IMG/VR virus record: IMGVR_UViG_3300033402_000730
Span: 1 to 30,958 of that record
DNA: 30,958 nucleotides
Source of the DNA: a virus
Lineage: Duplodnaviria; Caudoviricetes
Strand: one strand, 5' to 3'
The notes below the pieces were generated by a model, which was not told the DNA's origin, made no database searches, and saw nothing but the letters and a program-made list of their open reading frames with translations. The position numbers and the translations under genes were made by a program. This document shows, piece after piece, positions 15,261-24,870 of the stretch (its first letter is position 1; the number at the start of each line of letters is the position of its first letter).

Positions 15261-16340
15261 ATGGGCGCTTATGTAGGTCTTGCCCCGGCAGGGTTTCCGA
15301 ATGTAGCCCTGAGCAACTACGCGAAGGAATTCGCCGACGATCAAGTGCCGCTGGTGGGCGACCTGATTTGCCCTCGTGTCCCGGTGGAGCGGCAGAGCTT
15401 TCCGTACCTGATCTGGAATCGCGACAATCTGCGCATTCCCGGATCGACGCTGCGCGCGCCGGGCGACTCGCCGGGTAGTATCCGGCGCTCTTACTCGACC
15501 GCGAACTACTTTTGCCGTTCGCACGCGCTGGAAGGGGACGTTCCGTTCGAGGATGAGGCTTACGGCCTGGGCCTCGGCTTCTCCACCAAGCAGCACCTGA
15601 CGGCCGATCTGATTGGCCGCATCCGGCGCTCGCGTGAGGCGGAGATCGCCGCAAAGGCTCTCTCTACCGTCAATTTCCCCAACGGTGTCACGTATACAAC
15701 CAGCGCCTCGCAGTGGGACAGCTACCTCCAGAATCCTGCTGCCGCCACCTTCGAGACAGTGACCTCCCATCCGATCGAGGATGTGGAAAACTACAAGGAA
15801 ATTCTGCATCAGGCGGCCGTTGAAGACGATCAGATGGTGCTGATTCTCTCCAGCCCGGTGGTCAAGGTGGTCAAAAATCATCCGGACATCGTCCACCGCT
15901 TCCAGTACACCAACGCGGAGGGCGTGATCGACCTGGCCAAGCTCTCCTCGCTCTTCGGCGTCAAATGTGTTCGCGCTGGCGCGCTGCAGATGTCGCAAAA
16001 CAATGTGCCTTCCTGGATCTGGGGAAACAGCGCGTTTCTGGGCTACAGCAAGGCCAATGCCGATCGCAACGACGTGAGCTGCATGAAGACTTTCGTCTGG
16101 GCGGGCGGCCAGATCCCCGGTTCCGACGGCAACAACATCGCCATGCCGGCTGCGCCAGGCACTATTGACGGCTATGGCGTTCTGGAATGGATCGACGGCC
16201 ACCTCTCCAAGAAGAAGTATTGGCAATCGGTGGATTGGTACTACGATCTCGAAGTCACCGCGCAAGAAACCGGCATTCCAATGCTCAACGTGGTGTCGGG
16301 CGAGACGATGGGCGCCATCGCCGGCGATATCGAAGGCTAA
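15261..16340 (+). CDS. Major capsid protein
   Basis: 359 aa; LSNYA..F...LICPRVPV, LRAPG, HALE, KNHPDI, IWGN; RBS AGGAGG. Confidence 0.88.
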   Translation: MGAYVGLAPAGFPNVALSNYAKEFADDQVPLVGDLICPRVPVERQSFPYLIWNRDNLRIPGSTLRAPGDSPGSIRRSYSTANYFCRSHALEGDVPFEDEAYGLGLGFSTKQHLTADLIGRIRRSREAEIAAKALSTVNFPNGVTYTTSASQWDSYLQNPAAATFETVTSHPIEDVENYKEILHQAAVEDDQMVLILSSPVVKVVKNHPDIVHRFQYTNAEGVIDLAKLSSLFGVKCVRAGALQMSQNNVPSWIWGNSAFLGYSKANADRNDVSCMKTFVWAGGQIPGSDGNNIAMPAAPGTIDGYGVLEWIDGHLSKKKYWQSVDWYYDLEVTAQETGIPMLNVVSGETMGAIAGDIEG

Positions 16341-16370
16341 ACCCGCGGCGGGATGCCAAATGAAAACAAA

Positions 16371-16405
16371 CAGAGGGCGCGCTTTCAACGAGGGCGCGCC
16401 CTCTG
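16371..16405 (+). other. 12-bp stem-loop after the capsid gene (copy at 16959-16993)
   Basis: CAGAGGGCGCGC / GCGCGCCCTCTG; no U-tract. Confidence 0.75.
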
Positions 16406-16559
16406 CAGATCGGGCAAAAGAATTCAGGAGAATCGAAATGACCAAACAAACTACTTCTTCAAGCGCCTCCGAGGTCGAAACCGAGTGTTTCAAAGTGATC
16501 TCGAACCTGCACCACAACACGAAGCTTTACCGGCCGGGCGCCAAAGTATCTCTCACGGC

Positions 16560-16928
16560 CGCGCTGGCGCGCTGCAGATGTCGCAAAACAATGTGCCTTC
16601 CTGGATCTGGGGAAACAGCGCGTTTCTGGGCTACAGCAAGGCCAATGCCGATCGCAATGACGTGAGCTGCATGAAGACTTTCGTCTGGGCGGGCGGCCAG
16701 ATCCCCGGTTCCGACGGCAACAACATCGCCATGCCGGCTGCGCCAGGCACTATTGACGGCTATGGCGTTCTGGAATGGATCGACGGCCACCTCTCCAAGA
16801 AGAAGTATTGGCAATCGGTGGATTGGTACTACGATCTCGAAGTCACCGCGCAAGAAACCGGCATTCCAATGCTCAACGTGGTGTCGGGCGAGACGATGGG
16901 CGCCATCGCCGGCGATATCGAAGGCTAA
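16560..16928 (+). pseudogene. Duplicated 3' third of the major capsid gene
   Basis: Encodes the same C-terminal ~120 aa (…AGALQMSQNN…GDIEG). Confidence 0.85.
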
Positions 16929-17025
16929 ACCCGCGGCGGGATGCCAAATGAAAACAAACAGAGGGCGCGCTTTCAACGAGGGCGCGCCCTCTGCAGATCG
17001 GGCAAAAGAATTCAGGAGAATCGAA

Positions 17026-17208
17026 ATGACCAAACAAACTACTTCTTCAAGCGCCTCCGAGGTCGAAACCGAGTGTTTCAAAGTGATCTCGAACCTGCAC
17101 CACAACACGAAGCTTTACCGGCCGGGCGCCAAAGTATCTCTCACGGCCGCGCAGGCAGCTCCGCTGCTCAAGAGCGGCGTCATTGCGGTGCTCGTTTCCG
17201 CCAAGTAA
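17026..17208 (+). CDS. Small head-associated protein (Mu gp35 position); intact copy
   Basis: RBS AGGAG; FKVISNLHHNTKLYRPGAKVSL..AQAAPLLKSGVI. Confidence 0.75.
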   Translation: MTKQTTSSSASEVETECFKVISNLHHNTKLYRPGAKVSLTAAQAAPLLKSGVIAVLVSAK

Positions 17209-17248
17209 CCGGCGTTAAGTTCCCGGCGCCGTAAAAAGGAGCCGCGAA

Positions 17249-17431
17249 ATGGCAGACAATCAGAAAATCGAAGAAGCTGTGCAGCTTGAATCCCGGACCT
17301 ATCAGATTTTGTCCGGCTTCATCTTCAAGCATTGCATCCATAGGGCCGGTACTCTCGCGCAGTTCAGTGAGCGGGATGCGGCGCAACTGGCCGAACGTGG
17401 CCTGATCAAAATTCTTCCGACGGTGGAATAG
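17249..17431 (+). CDS. Small protein, probable distant paralog of the preceding gene
   Basis: RBS AAGGAG; YQILSGFIFKHCIHRAGTLAQF..RDAAQLAERGLI. Confidence 0.7.
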   Translation: MADNQKIEEAVQLESRTYQILSGFIFKHCIHRAGTLAQFSERDAAQLAERGLIKILPTVE

Positions 17432-17434
17432 CCC

Positions 17435-17878
17435 TTGGCTTACGCGACTCAATCCGACCTGGTCCCCCTTCGCATGACGACAAAGGACCTGACCGAGCTG
17501 ACCGACGACGACAACACCGGGCAGATCAACGCCGCGATTGTCACGGCGGCGCTTGAAGAGGCCTCGGGCCGCGTGGAAAGCTACTGCCGCCAGCGCTACG
17601 TGACGCCCCTGCAGCAGTCGGACGACGTGAAGTCTTTGACGCTCGATATTACCGTCTACCTGCTCTTCAGTCGGCGCCGCGAGACCACGATCGGCGAGAC
17701 GGTACAGCAGCGCTTTGACCAGGCTATTGCCTTCTTGAAGGATATTGCCGCGGCCAAGGCGTCGCTCGACCAGCCCTCCACCGCGTTACAGCCGCAGATT
17801 TCGCTGGGCGGCCCCACAATTTCCAAAAAAGACCGCGAGCTGCGCTTCAGCGATCACGATCTTCAGGGGTTTGTATGA
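17435..17878 (+). CDS. Head-tail adaptor (Mu gp36/DUF1320)
   Basis: MAYATQSDL, ALEEASGRVESY..RYVTPL, AIAFLKDIA. Confidence 0.9.
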   Translation: MAYATQSDLVPLRMTTKDLTELTDDDNTGQINAAIVTAALEEASGRVESYCRQRYVTPLQQSDDVKSLTLDITVYLLFSRRRETTIGETVQQRFDQAIAFLKDIAAAKASLDQPSTALQPQISLGGPTISKKDRELRFSDHDLQGFV

Positions 17879-18522
17879 GCGCGGAGGTTATCCAGATCGA
17901 CGATACCGCGGTTCGCGTCTCCCTGGGCAAGTTCCGCCTGGCGCTGCAGCAGAAGAGTGATTTGATGCAGCAAATCGGCGCGTCGATGCTGGTCTCGATC
18001 CGGCGCACCTTCCGCGGCGAAGGGTCACCAGCCGGCTCCTGGGCTCCCCTCGCCCCATCCACCATTCGCAGCTACGGAAAGGCGGCTATTGGGCACAAAT
18101 TGCTTGTGCGCAAGGGCACGCTGCTCAATTCAATCGGCGTGCAGGCGCAGGAATCTTCTGTAACTATCGGCACGAACCTGAAGTACGCTGCCGTCCACCA
18201 GTTTGGTTCACGCGATCGCGGCCCGGTTGCCGTAGGGCCGCGCACCAAGGCAATGCAGGATGCCGTGGTCAAGGTAAAACAGCACGGCTTTGCGCGCCTC
18301 TCTTCTTCTCTGGGAACTGGACGCCTGGGCGGCCGCATTCGCGCTGTCAAAGGCCCGCGCAATCAGATACGCGGCACGGTGGGCGCCCACACGCGCCACC
18401 AGAATATTCCCGCGCGGCCTTATATGGTCTTCCGGCCTGAAGATCCTGACCGCATTCGCAGCCTGGTCAACGGCTTTATTCGCCGCGCCAAAAAATCGGC
18501 AGGACTGGAGGGCGCTGAATGA
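17875..18522 (+). CDS. Phage virion morphogenesis protein (Mu gpG / tail completion)
   Basis: SPAGSWAPL, GTLLNSI, IGTNLKYAAVHQFG, IPARPY. Confidence 0.9.
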   Translation: MSAEVIQIDDTAVRVSLGKFRLALQQKSDLMQQIGASMLVSIRRTFRGEGSPAGSWAPLAPSTIRSYGKAAIGHKLLVRKGTLLNSIGVQAQESSVTIGTNLKYAAVHQFGSRDRGPVAVGPRTKAMQDAVVKVKQHGFARLSSSLGTGRLGGRIRAVKGPRNQIRGTVGAHTRHQNIPARPYMVFRPEDPDRIRSLVNGFIRRAKKSAGLEGAE

Positions 18523-19043
18523 GCGGCCTTCCTACACAGTTCCAGATCGATTACGTCGAAGGCGCGCTGGTTGCGTTGCTTAAAAGCGTAATGCCCACAG
18601 CTTACGGAAGTGCGGAAGCTCCTGTTCTTGTGGGTATTGATACGGTCAACAGCAAGGATTTCAATGCTCAGGGCCAACTCGCGATGAAGCCTCCTTCGAT
18701 GCGCGTGCAATTTGGCGAGGCGAGCTTCAGTAATCTGCGTGACAACCAACGACTCACCTACGAGAGCGCCGTGGACTTTGATGTTTTATGCTTCGAGTCC
18801 AGCCAGCGCGGCAAGGCGGACGAAAGGCTGCAAACCCTGCGCCTTGTGGATGCGGCGCTCAATCAGCTTGCCGGCGCGCGGCTGGCGCTGGCGGATGGCA
18901 CCAGCACAATGCCGCTTGAGTTGAAGCGCGTCTCGCTGGTGATTCCCGACGATGGTGGCCCGGTAGATCAGCTCTTTGCCATCACGGTGCAGGTCAAGGG
19001 AATTGCGCAATTCAACGGCCCGAATGCGAGGTTTGGATCATGA
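18519..19043 (+). CDS. Tail terminator-like protein (Mu gp37 position)
   Basis: Size, synteny and ATGA coupling. Confidence 0.6.
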   Translation: MSGLPTQFQIDYVEGALVALLKSVMPTAYGSAEAPVLVGIDTVNSKDFNAQGQLAMKPPSMRVQFGEASFSNLRDNQRLTYESAVDFDVLCFESSQRGKADERLQTLRLVDAALNQLAGARLALADGTSTMPLELKRVSLVIPDDGGPVDQLFAITVQVKGIAQFNGPNARFGS

Positions 19044-19408
19044 CAACAGCAACTCCCGATTTCGTGCAAGTGCAGCTGACTGCGGCTGGTGTGGCCTTCG
19101 CTGGCAGCGGAGGCAGCGTGCGCGTTGCCAATGGCCATTTTACCTATCTCTTCACGGCCACGGCACCAGTGCGCGTCCTGATCAGCGAATGGCGACGCAC
19201 GCTTTCCACCAAAACCTTTCAGGGCGCGCCGATTCTGGCCATTGTGCCGGATGCAGAGCCGCCCGCGGCTGCAACTCCGAAGAAAGCCGCCGGCGCGGCG
19301 GGACGTGTGATCTCCCCGGCGGCCAGCCATACGGATGCTCCGGAGCAGAAAAGCACACAGACAATCCAGGCCGCGCCCGCGAGCGCAGCTCCCAATGAGG
19401 TGAAATGA
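19040..19408 (+). CDS. Hypothetical tail-region protein
   Basis: Coupled ORF with an Ala/Pro-rich tail. Confidence 0.65.
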   Translation: MTTATPDFVQVQLTAAGVAFAGSGGSVRVANGHFTYLFTATAPVRVLISEWRRTLSTKTFQGAPILAIVPDAEPPAAATPKKAAGAAGRVISPAASHTDAPEQKSTQTIQAAPASAAPNEVK

Positions 19409-20433
19409 TGCCCGGTCCTTACAACTTTCTTTCGCAGTGGAAATCCGCCCGCAATCTGGTGCTCAGCGCCAACGCACAACCCGCCTGGAACACGGCCCTG
19501 GCCGATGCTGTGCTTACCCAGCGCCAGCGCTTCGACGGCGCAGCCGTGCTGGAGCTGAAGACTACGCGCCGCAGTGATCTGGCGTATGCGGGCAAAGGAA
19601 CAGCCTTTGCTACCAACGGCCAGATCACCAGCTTCGACACGGGGATCAGCGGCCTCAAGGTGGAAGGCTCTCCCTGGCTGCTGGCTTGGGCGCTGGCTTT
19701 CCTCATGGGAACCGATACCGTGACCGGCGTCGCAGCTCCCTACACACACACCTTCGATTTCGACGAGACTACACGCACCGCGGTGCCCACGACCATCTAC
19801 ATGGAAGACACCGAGGATGTGCATTACAAATGCCCGGACATGTGCGTCAACGACGTGACCATCACCATCAGCGAGATCGGCGCCATCATGGTCGAGGCCA
19901 CGCTGGTGGGAACCGGACGCCAGATCATGGGATCGATCACCGCCATGCCGGCGTTGGCTGCGGAAAGCTACATCCTCGGCTCTGACGCGGCTCTCCAGTT
20001 TGGCCCGGTGGGTGCACTGGCCTCTTTCATCGGGCGCCACATGAGCACCACGCTGAAGTTTGAGAATCAGCTCACGGTGCACAAGGCGCCGGGAGGCGGT
20101 CTCTACGGTATCTTCGTGCGCAAGGGAAATCCTAAGTTCTCCATCACAACAACCTTGGCTGCCAAGGATGCGGACGATGTGTACACGCTCTTCACCAACG
20201 ATACAGAGACCGATTATGAGCTGACCATCAACTCAGGCGCATCCGCCCAGCTCACTGTCTCCATTCCTCATGCGCACTTCAAAACCACCAAACTCGGCTT
20301 CGACGGCGACATGGTTGTCTGGCAGTTGGAGGGAGACGAATCCACCTGCTACGACGCCAACGGCGTCACGCCTCCTATCACGGTGAGCGTCACAAACGCC
20401 GTGGCCGCATATCTGGCCGCGCCAGGGGCTTAA
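19405..20433 (+). CDS. Major tail tube protein (non-contractile)
   Basis: 342 aa, Thr-rich beta protein, PYTHTF; upstream of chaperones and tape measure. Confidence 0.8.
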   Translation: MMPGPYNFLSQWKSARNLVLSANAQPAWNTALADAVLTQRQRFDGAAVLELKTTRRSDLAYAGKGTAFATNGQITSFDTGISGLKVEGSPWLLAWALAFLMGTDTVTGVAAPYTHTFDFDETTRTAVPTTIYMEDTEDVHYKCPDMCVNDVTITISEIGAIMVEATLVGTGRQIMGSITAMPALAAESYILGSDAALQFGPVGALASFIGRHMSTTLKFENQLTVHKAPGGGLYGIFVRKGNPKFSITTTLAAKDADDVYTLFTNDTETDYELTINSGASAQLTVSIPHAHFKTTKLGFDGDMVVWQLEGDESTCYDANGVTPPITVSVTNAVAAYLAAPGA

Positions 20434-20444
20434 ATTTGCTCCAG

Positions 20445-20478
20445 GGCGCGTTGCGAGCGGCGGCGCGCCTTGCTTTTT
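20445..20478 (+). terminator. Intrinsic terminator after the tail tube gene
   Basis: GGCGCGTTGC / GCGGCGCGCC stem followed by TTGCTTTTT. Confidence 0.6.
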
Positions 20479-20629
20479 ACATTTAGTCAAAGCTTGATCG
20501 CTCTTTCTGTATTACCCGCGGCATCCCTTCGCCGCGGCTGAGGTTCCACACGGCTGCCTGGAACCTCGATCACGAAAAGGGTCCTTCACCCTTCGTTAAA
20601 AAATCCAAATCACAACGAGGAGAAGGACT

Positions 20630-21364
20630 ATGTCTGCATCCATTGAATTGAAAGCGCCGCGCATCATCGTCATCGAGGATCGCGGCAAGCAGTACGTCTT
20701 CACCGTCGCGCGCATCCTCAAAAAGCAATGGCTGCGCTACTTTGATGCCATTCTCAATATCAGCGAAAACCAGGGCGGCAAGCGCGTGGATAGCTTCGAT
20801 TCCAGCACGGCTCAGATCTCGCTGGTAGAGGAGAGTCTCATCACCGCCAGCGGCTACACGCTGCCCGAGGGAAAAACAGCAATTGACCAGGTTGATGGTT
20901 GGAAGACGATGCTGCCCGTTTCGCACCGGCTGGGCGTGGGACGTGCGCTGATTGCAGTCTCGGCCAGCCAGCCAACTGATGAGGATGCGATCGCGCTGGG
21001 CCAGGAATCGGTTTATCTGGATGCCACCTGGGGCGTGGGTGAAGACGGCAAGATGTGTCGCTATCACGGGCTGCGCCACAACTTCACGGTACCCACGGCC
21101 GAGCAGCAGCGCCGCTTTGCGCGCGACAACAGCCGCTCGCGCGTGGTGGGCGGCAGCCGCACCGCCAAGACGCAATGGCTGGGTGCGCAGGCCACGCTGG
21201 CCGAGCTTTACGATGAGCTGATTATGAGCGTCGAAGGCTATACGGTGGGCGGCGCGGCGCCCGATCGCGACGCCATTGTCGAGTACATGGATACCTACCA
21301 CAAAGTTGCCGCCGCGGATCTGCTCTTTGCGCCAGCGGCTCCCAAGGTGGAAGAAGAGGCATGA
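20630..21364 (+). CDS. Putative tail assembly chaperone
   Basis: Position between tube and tape measure; strong RBS. Confidence 0.6.
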   Translation: MSASIELKAPRIIVIEDRGKQYVFTVARILKKQWLRYFDAILNISENQGGKRVDSFDSSTAQISLVEESLITASGYTLPEGKTAIDQVDGWKTMLPVSHRLGVGRALIAVSASQPTDEDAIALGQESVYLDATWGVGEDGKMCRYHGLRHNFTVPTAEQQRRFARDNSRSRVVGGSRTAKTQWLGAQATLAELYDELIMSVEGYTVGGAAPDRDAIVEYMDTYHKVAAADLLFAPAAPKVEEEA

Positions 21365-21762
21365 TCGATGTCTGGCATGATGCGGAAGGCGTGCGGATGG
21401 CTCTCGAAGAGATATACGAGAGCGATTTCGTGCGCAGCCGCATCCAGCGCGAAGCCGCCGGCGCAAGCCCTGAGACCGTCGAGCGCATGGAACGTCAAAT
21501 CGCGCCGCGCAAGTTGGCGTGGGGCTATTACCGCTTTGCCGAGTACTTGTTGCACCTGGATGCACTGCGCCGCGCCGGCATTGCTTTCTCTGGGCGGGAT
21601 CTCGCAGCTTTCGAGGTCGAAGGCATTCTGGCTCTCGATCGCGCACGCACGGCCTTCGAGGGTCGCCATCCGGCATGCAGCGCCTGCGGCTTGCGCCAGC
21701 AGAATCGCTTTGAAGCGGAGTGTCCTGGGTGTGGTGCTAAGTTCCACCGCAGGAAGGAGTAG
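21361..21762 (+). CDS. Putative second tail chaperone with C-terminal zinc ribbon
   Basis: CSAC...CPGC; ATGA overlap. Confidence 0.6.
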   Translation: MIDVWHDAEGVRMALEEIYESDFVRSRIQREAAGASPETVERMERQIAPRKLAWGYYRFAEYLLHLDALRRAGIAFSGRDLAAFEVEGILALDRARTAFEGRHPACSACGLRQQNRFEAECPGCGAKFHRRKE

Positions 21763-21765
21763 CTG

Positions 21766-24700
21766 ATGGGCGTCGAAACCAGCGCGGTAGAAATCCGGAT
21801 CGATGTCACAGATGCCAACTCTGCGGCGGCGATCGCTGGTGTTGAGGGCAACCTCAATAAGCTGGGCGCTGCGGGCGCTGGAGCGGGAGCCAAGACAAAG
21901 AGCGGACTTGATCAAGTGGGCGCCGCCGCGCTTTCTTCCCACGAGAAAGTCCGGCTGCTGAGCGAGGAATTCGGCATCCGGATTCCGCGCGCCATGCAGT
22001 CTGTGATCTCCAATTGCCCGGCGGTAATGGGGGCAATCAACGGTCTGGGTACGGCCATGATCGGGCTGGGCGCAATCCAGATCGGTGGCATGGTCTTCAG
22101 CGCGCTGATCAGCGGAGCGGAAAAAGCCTGGGACAAGATCACAGGCCTTTCCAAAGCAACTCAGGATTACCTGGACGAAACAGCCAAAACCAAAAGCGAA
22201 GATTTCGGCAACACTCACTCCATCGAGACGACGCGTGCGCGCATCGACGAGGCGACGGAAGCGGTCAGGCGATACACCGATGAGGCGCGGAATGCGAACA
22301 AGACCGTCGGCTGGCGCAATCTGCCAGACCTGCTGATACCGGGTGCTGGCGGCATGTGGCAGACCTCTCATGCAAGAGGCGAAGCGCAGAGGCAACAATT
22401 TGAGGCTCAAAAGAATCTCGATAAACTGCAACATCTGAGAGAGGCTGAGCAGGCCCACGAGCAGCGCGAGAGCGATATTGACCTGAAATACGCCGGGAAC
22501 GTTGGCTTGAAAGGCAAAGCTCGGCATGATGCAGAAGTGCAGGAAGCCATCGAGCGTGCGCATGAAGAGCGCTTTTACGGCACAGAGCAAGACAATCTGA
22601 GCAATTCTGTGCCAGCGAACGCCGGCGCAGACAAAGAAGCCCGCGAAGTGCTCCTTGCCCGGAAAAAAGCCGATGCGGAGCTGGCCAGCGAGGAAAAGCA
22701 GCACGGCGGCGACGAAAAATCACGGCAGGCAGAGCTGGCGCGCATCCACCGGGAGGCTTTGGAGTCTGGTCTGCGCGGCTCTGCTCTCTATCACCAGCAG
22801 GAAGCCGATGCGATCGAGGATCTGAAGCGGCGCGGTATTGCTAGCGCGCAGGCCGTGGAAGACATCCACACCCGCTTCCATAACGCGGAGATGCAACGCC
22901 TGCAGGAGGAGAGCGAGCGCGAGGAACGTAAGCTGCAGGAGATGCGCGGCGAAACGAGCCTGCTCGGTCTGAGCGGTGTGGCGCGCATCCGGCAGGAAGC
23001 GCAAAACCGCATCAATGAACTGGTGGCTACGCCGGGCGGCGATCCTGGCCAGCGCCTGGCGCAGATCAATGAAATCAACAAGCAGACCGCATTGCGCACT
23101 GATGAGCAGATAAAAAGCGATGCACAGAAAGCACAGGAAGCGGCTGACCGCGATATGGAGCGCCGGCGGCACGCTGCCGAGGAGACTGAACGCATCGAGG
23201 CTCAGGCACGCGTTCACTCGCTCTCGGACGAGAAACAGAAAACAGCCTCGATTCAAGCCGAATATGAGGAGCGCTTCCAAAAGTATCGCGAGGAGCTGCT
23301 GCAGGAAGAGATCTCGCAGGAAGATTTCAACCGGCGCGTGGCGGCGGCCGCGCAGGAGCGCGACGCGCAGATGGTTCAGGCCTCGGCTGAGGCGCGCAAG
23401 AAGATGGCCGGCGAGTTTGAAGGCTTCTTCAAAGGGATGGATCACCCTGGCCAGTACTTCAAAGAGCAAGGCGACAAGGTTGCCGGGCAATTCGCCGCCA
23501 CGCTCTTCCAACGCTTCCAGCGGCATGGCCAGGGCAATGAGAGCACGGCGCAAGGCGGTCTCTTTGGTGGCCTGCTCGCGCACGTCGGCGGAATTCCCAG
23601 GCACGGAGAAAATCCGGTGCAGAGCACGCATACCGTGGCGCAAAGCTCTTTCAGCGTGGCCGCCGCCACTATCTATATTGGGAGCGCGACGCTAGCCGGC
23701 GGCGCGGCCAGCTCCACAGCAGGGGGCGCCGCATGGTCTGGGCGCACCGGCGGATCGGATGCTGGTTCTTATGGTTCAACCGGTGGCGCAGGCGTGCTGC
23801 AGAGTGCGCAGAACGCTTACAGCCAGTACAAGGGTGGCGGCGGAGGAATGCCTGGCGGCGGCGGATCGGAGGCTGGTTCTTTTGGTCGAACCGGTGGCGC
23901 AGGCGTGCTGCAGAGTGCGCAGCGTGTGCAGAATGCTTACAGCCAGTACAAGGGTGGCGGCGGAGGAATGCCTAGCGGCGGAGGATTTTCCTTTGGCAAT
24001 GGTAGCGGTGGTGGAACCGGCGAAGCACCGGCCACATCCGACGGCCAGGGCGTGCAATTGCAGCAGCTCAATCCTGGTACTTCGTGGAATTCCGGCAGCT
24101 CAGGCTCGGGCGCTGGCGGCCCGATGGGCATGGGCGGCTCTTACATGGGCGCCGTGCAGGGCGCGGAAGGCCTATGGGCAGCGCATGAGAGCGGCGGCGG
24201 TGTGAGCGGAGCAATGCACGGCGCGGAGGCTGGGGCCCAGGCGGGCGAGATGTTTGGCCCGATCGGCATGGCAGTGGGTGCAGTGGCAGGCGCAATCATC
24301 GGCTTTATTGGCTCAAAGGAACAGGCCCGCGTCTACGATCTGCAAGTGGTGCGGCCGCGGCTCGACAATGACCAGAAAAGCTATGAACAAGGCTCAATGA
24401 ACTACTTGTCGGCTTACCAGGACATGGAAAGTCTGCGCATGGAGAGCTTCAAAACTACCGACAAGATGGGCCACAGTGGCCGCACGTACCGGAACGAGTT
24501 CATTATTCCCGAGATCAAAAAAGCGGAAGGACGCCTTGACGCGCAAGAGAAGGCGGGGCGCAGCCAATACTCAGCCAGTGCCGCTTCTTATGCAACGGGC
24601 ACACCCTACGTTGATAGAACGGGCTACAACTTGAATCACGCGGGCGAGCGTATCTTTTCGGCACCCGATAATCGGCAAATCACCAAAGCGATTACAGAGG

Positions 24701-24870
24701 GAAATCGGGGCACAATGCCCGCGCAGGCCGCCTGGAGCGGCGATGTCCATGTGCATCTGAATGCGCTCGATGCAAAGACCGGCACGCAATTCCTCATGGC
24801 GAATATGCACACCGTGAGGGCTGCTTTCAATGAAAGTTTGGGTGAGAACAGCGGCGGAGGGATGAACTAA
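21766..24870 (+). CDS. Tail tape measure protein
   Basis: 1034 aa, helical Ala/Glu/Gln-rich; C-terminal YATGT...NHAGERI motif. Confidence 0.9.
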   Translation: MGVETSAVEIRIDVTDANSAAAIAGVEGNLNKLGAAGAGAGAKTKSGLDQVGAAALSSHEKVRLLSEEFGIRIPRAMQSVISNCPAVMGAINGLGTAMIGLGAIQIGGMVFSALISGAEKAWDKITGLSKATQDYLDETAKTKSEDFGNTHSIETTRARIDEATEAVRRYTDEARNANKTVGWRNLPDLLIPGAGGMWQTSHARGEAQRQQFEAQKNLDKLQHLREAEQAHEQRESDIDLKYAGNVGLKGKARHDAEVQEAIERAHEERFYGTEQDNLSNSVPANAGADKEAREVLLARKKADAELASEEKQHGGDEKSRQAELARIHREALESGLRGSALYHQQEADAIEDLKRRGIASAQAVEDIHTRFHNAEMQRLQEESEREERKLQEMRGETSLLGLSGVARIRQEAQNRINELVATPGGDPGQRLAQINEINKQTALRTDEQIKSDAQKAQEAADRDMERRRHAAEETERIEAQARVHSLSDEKQKTASIQAEYEERFQKYREELLQEEISQEDFNRRVAAAAQERDAQMVQASAEARKKMAGEFEGFFKGMDHPGQYFKEQGDKVAGQFAATLFQRFQRHGQGNESTAQGGLFGGLLAHVGGIPRHGENPVQSTHTVAQSSFSVAAATIYIGSATLAGGAASSTAGGAAWSGRTGGSDAGSYGSTGGAGVLQSAQNAYSQYKGGGGGMPGGGGSEAGSFGRTGGAGVLQSAQRVQNAYSQYKGGGGGMPSGGGFSFGNGSGGGTGEAPATSDGQGVQLQQLNPGTSWNSGSSGSGAGGPMGMGGSYMGAVQGAEGLWAAHESGGGVSGAMHGAEAGAQAGEMFGPIGMAVGAVAGAIIGFIGSKEQARVYDLQVVRPRLDNDQKSYEQGSMNYLSAYQDMESLRMESFKTTDKMGHSGRTYRNEFIIPEIKKAEGRLDAQEKAGRSQYSASAASYATGTPYVDRTGYNLNHAGERIFSAPDNRQITKAITEGNRGTMPAQAAWSGDVHVHLNALDAKTGTQFLMANMHTVRAAFNESLGENSGGGMN
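23749..23981 (+). repeat. In-frame tandem repeat (111-nt period) in the Gly-rich part of the tape measure gene
   Basis: GGS(D/E)AGS(Y/F)G(S/R)TGGAGVLQSAQ..NAYSQYKGGGGGMP twice; the second copy has a 9-nt insertion. Confidence 0.9.

Larger units (their letters stand above)
15972..17152 (+). repeat. 588-bp direct tandem duplication (15972-16559 / 16560-17147)
   Basis: Identical by eye except C16070 vs T16658; junction microhomology CGCGC(T/A)GGC. Confidence 0.95.

Noticed and set aside
16353-16928. 191-aa ORF as a second capsid gene
   Set aside because: It is a by-product of the tandem duplication; its N-terminus is intergenic and out-of-frame sequence.
15972-17152. Repeat pair as a DGR template/variable repeat
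   Set aside because: Only one C/T difference, no adenine-specific variation, and no reverse transcriptase in the window.
21340-21364. Programmed -1 frameshift between the tail chaperones
   Set aside because: No XXXYYYZ slippery heptamer near the stop; the second gene has its own GAGG SD and an ATGA overlap.
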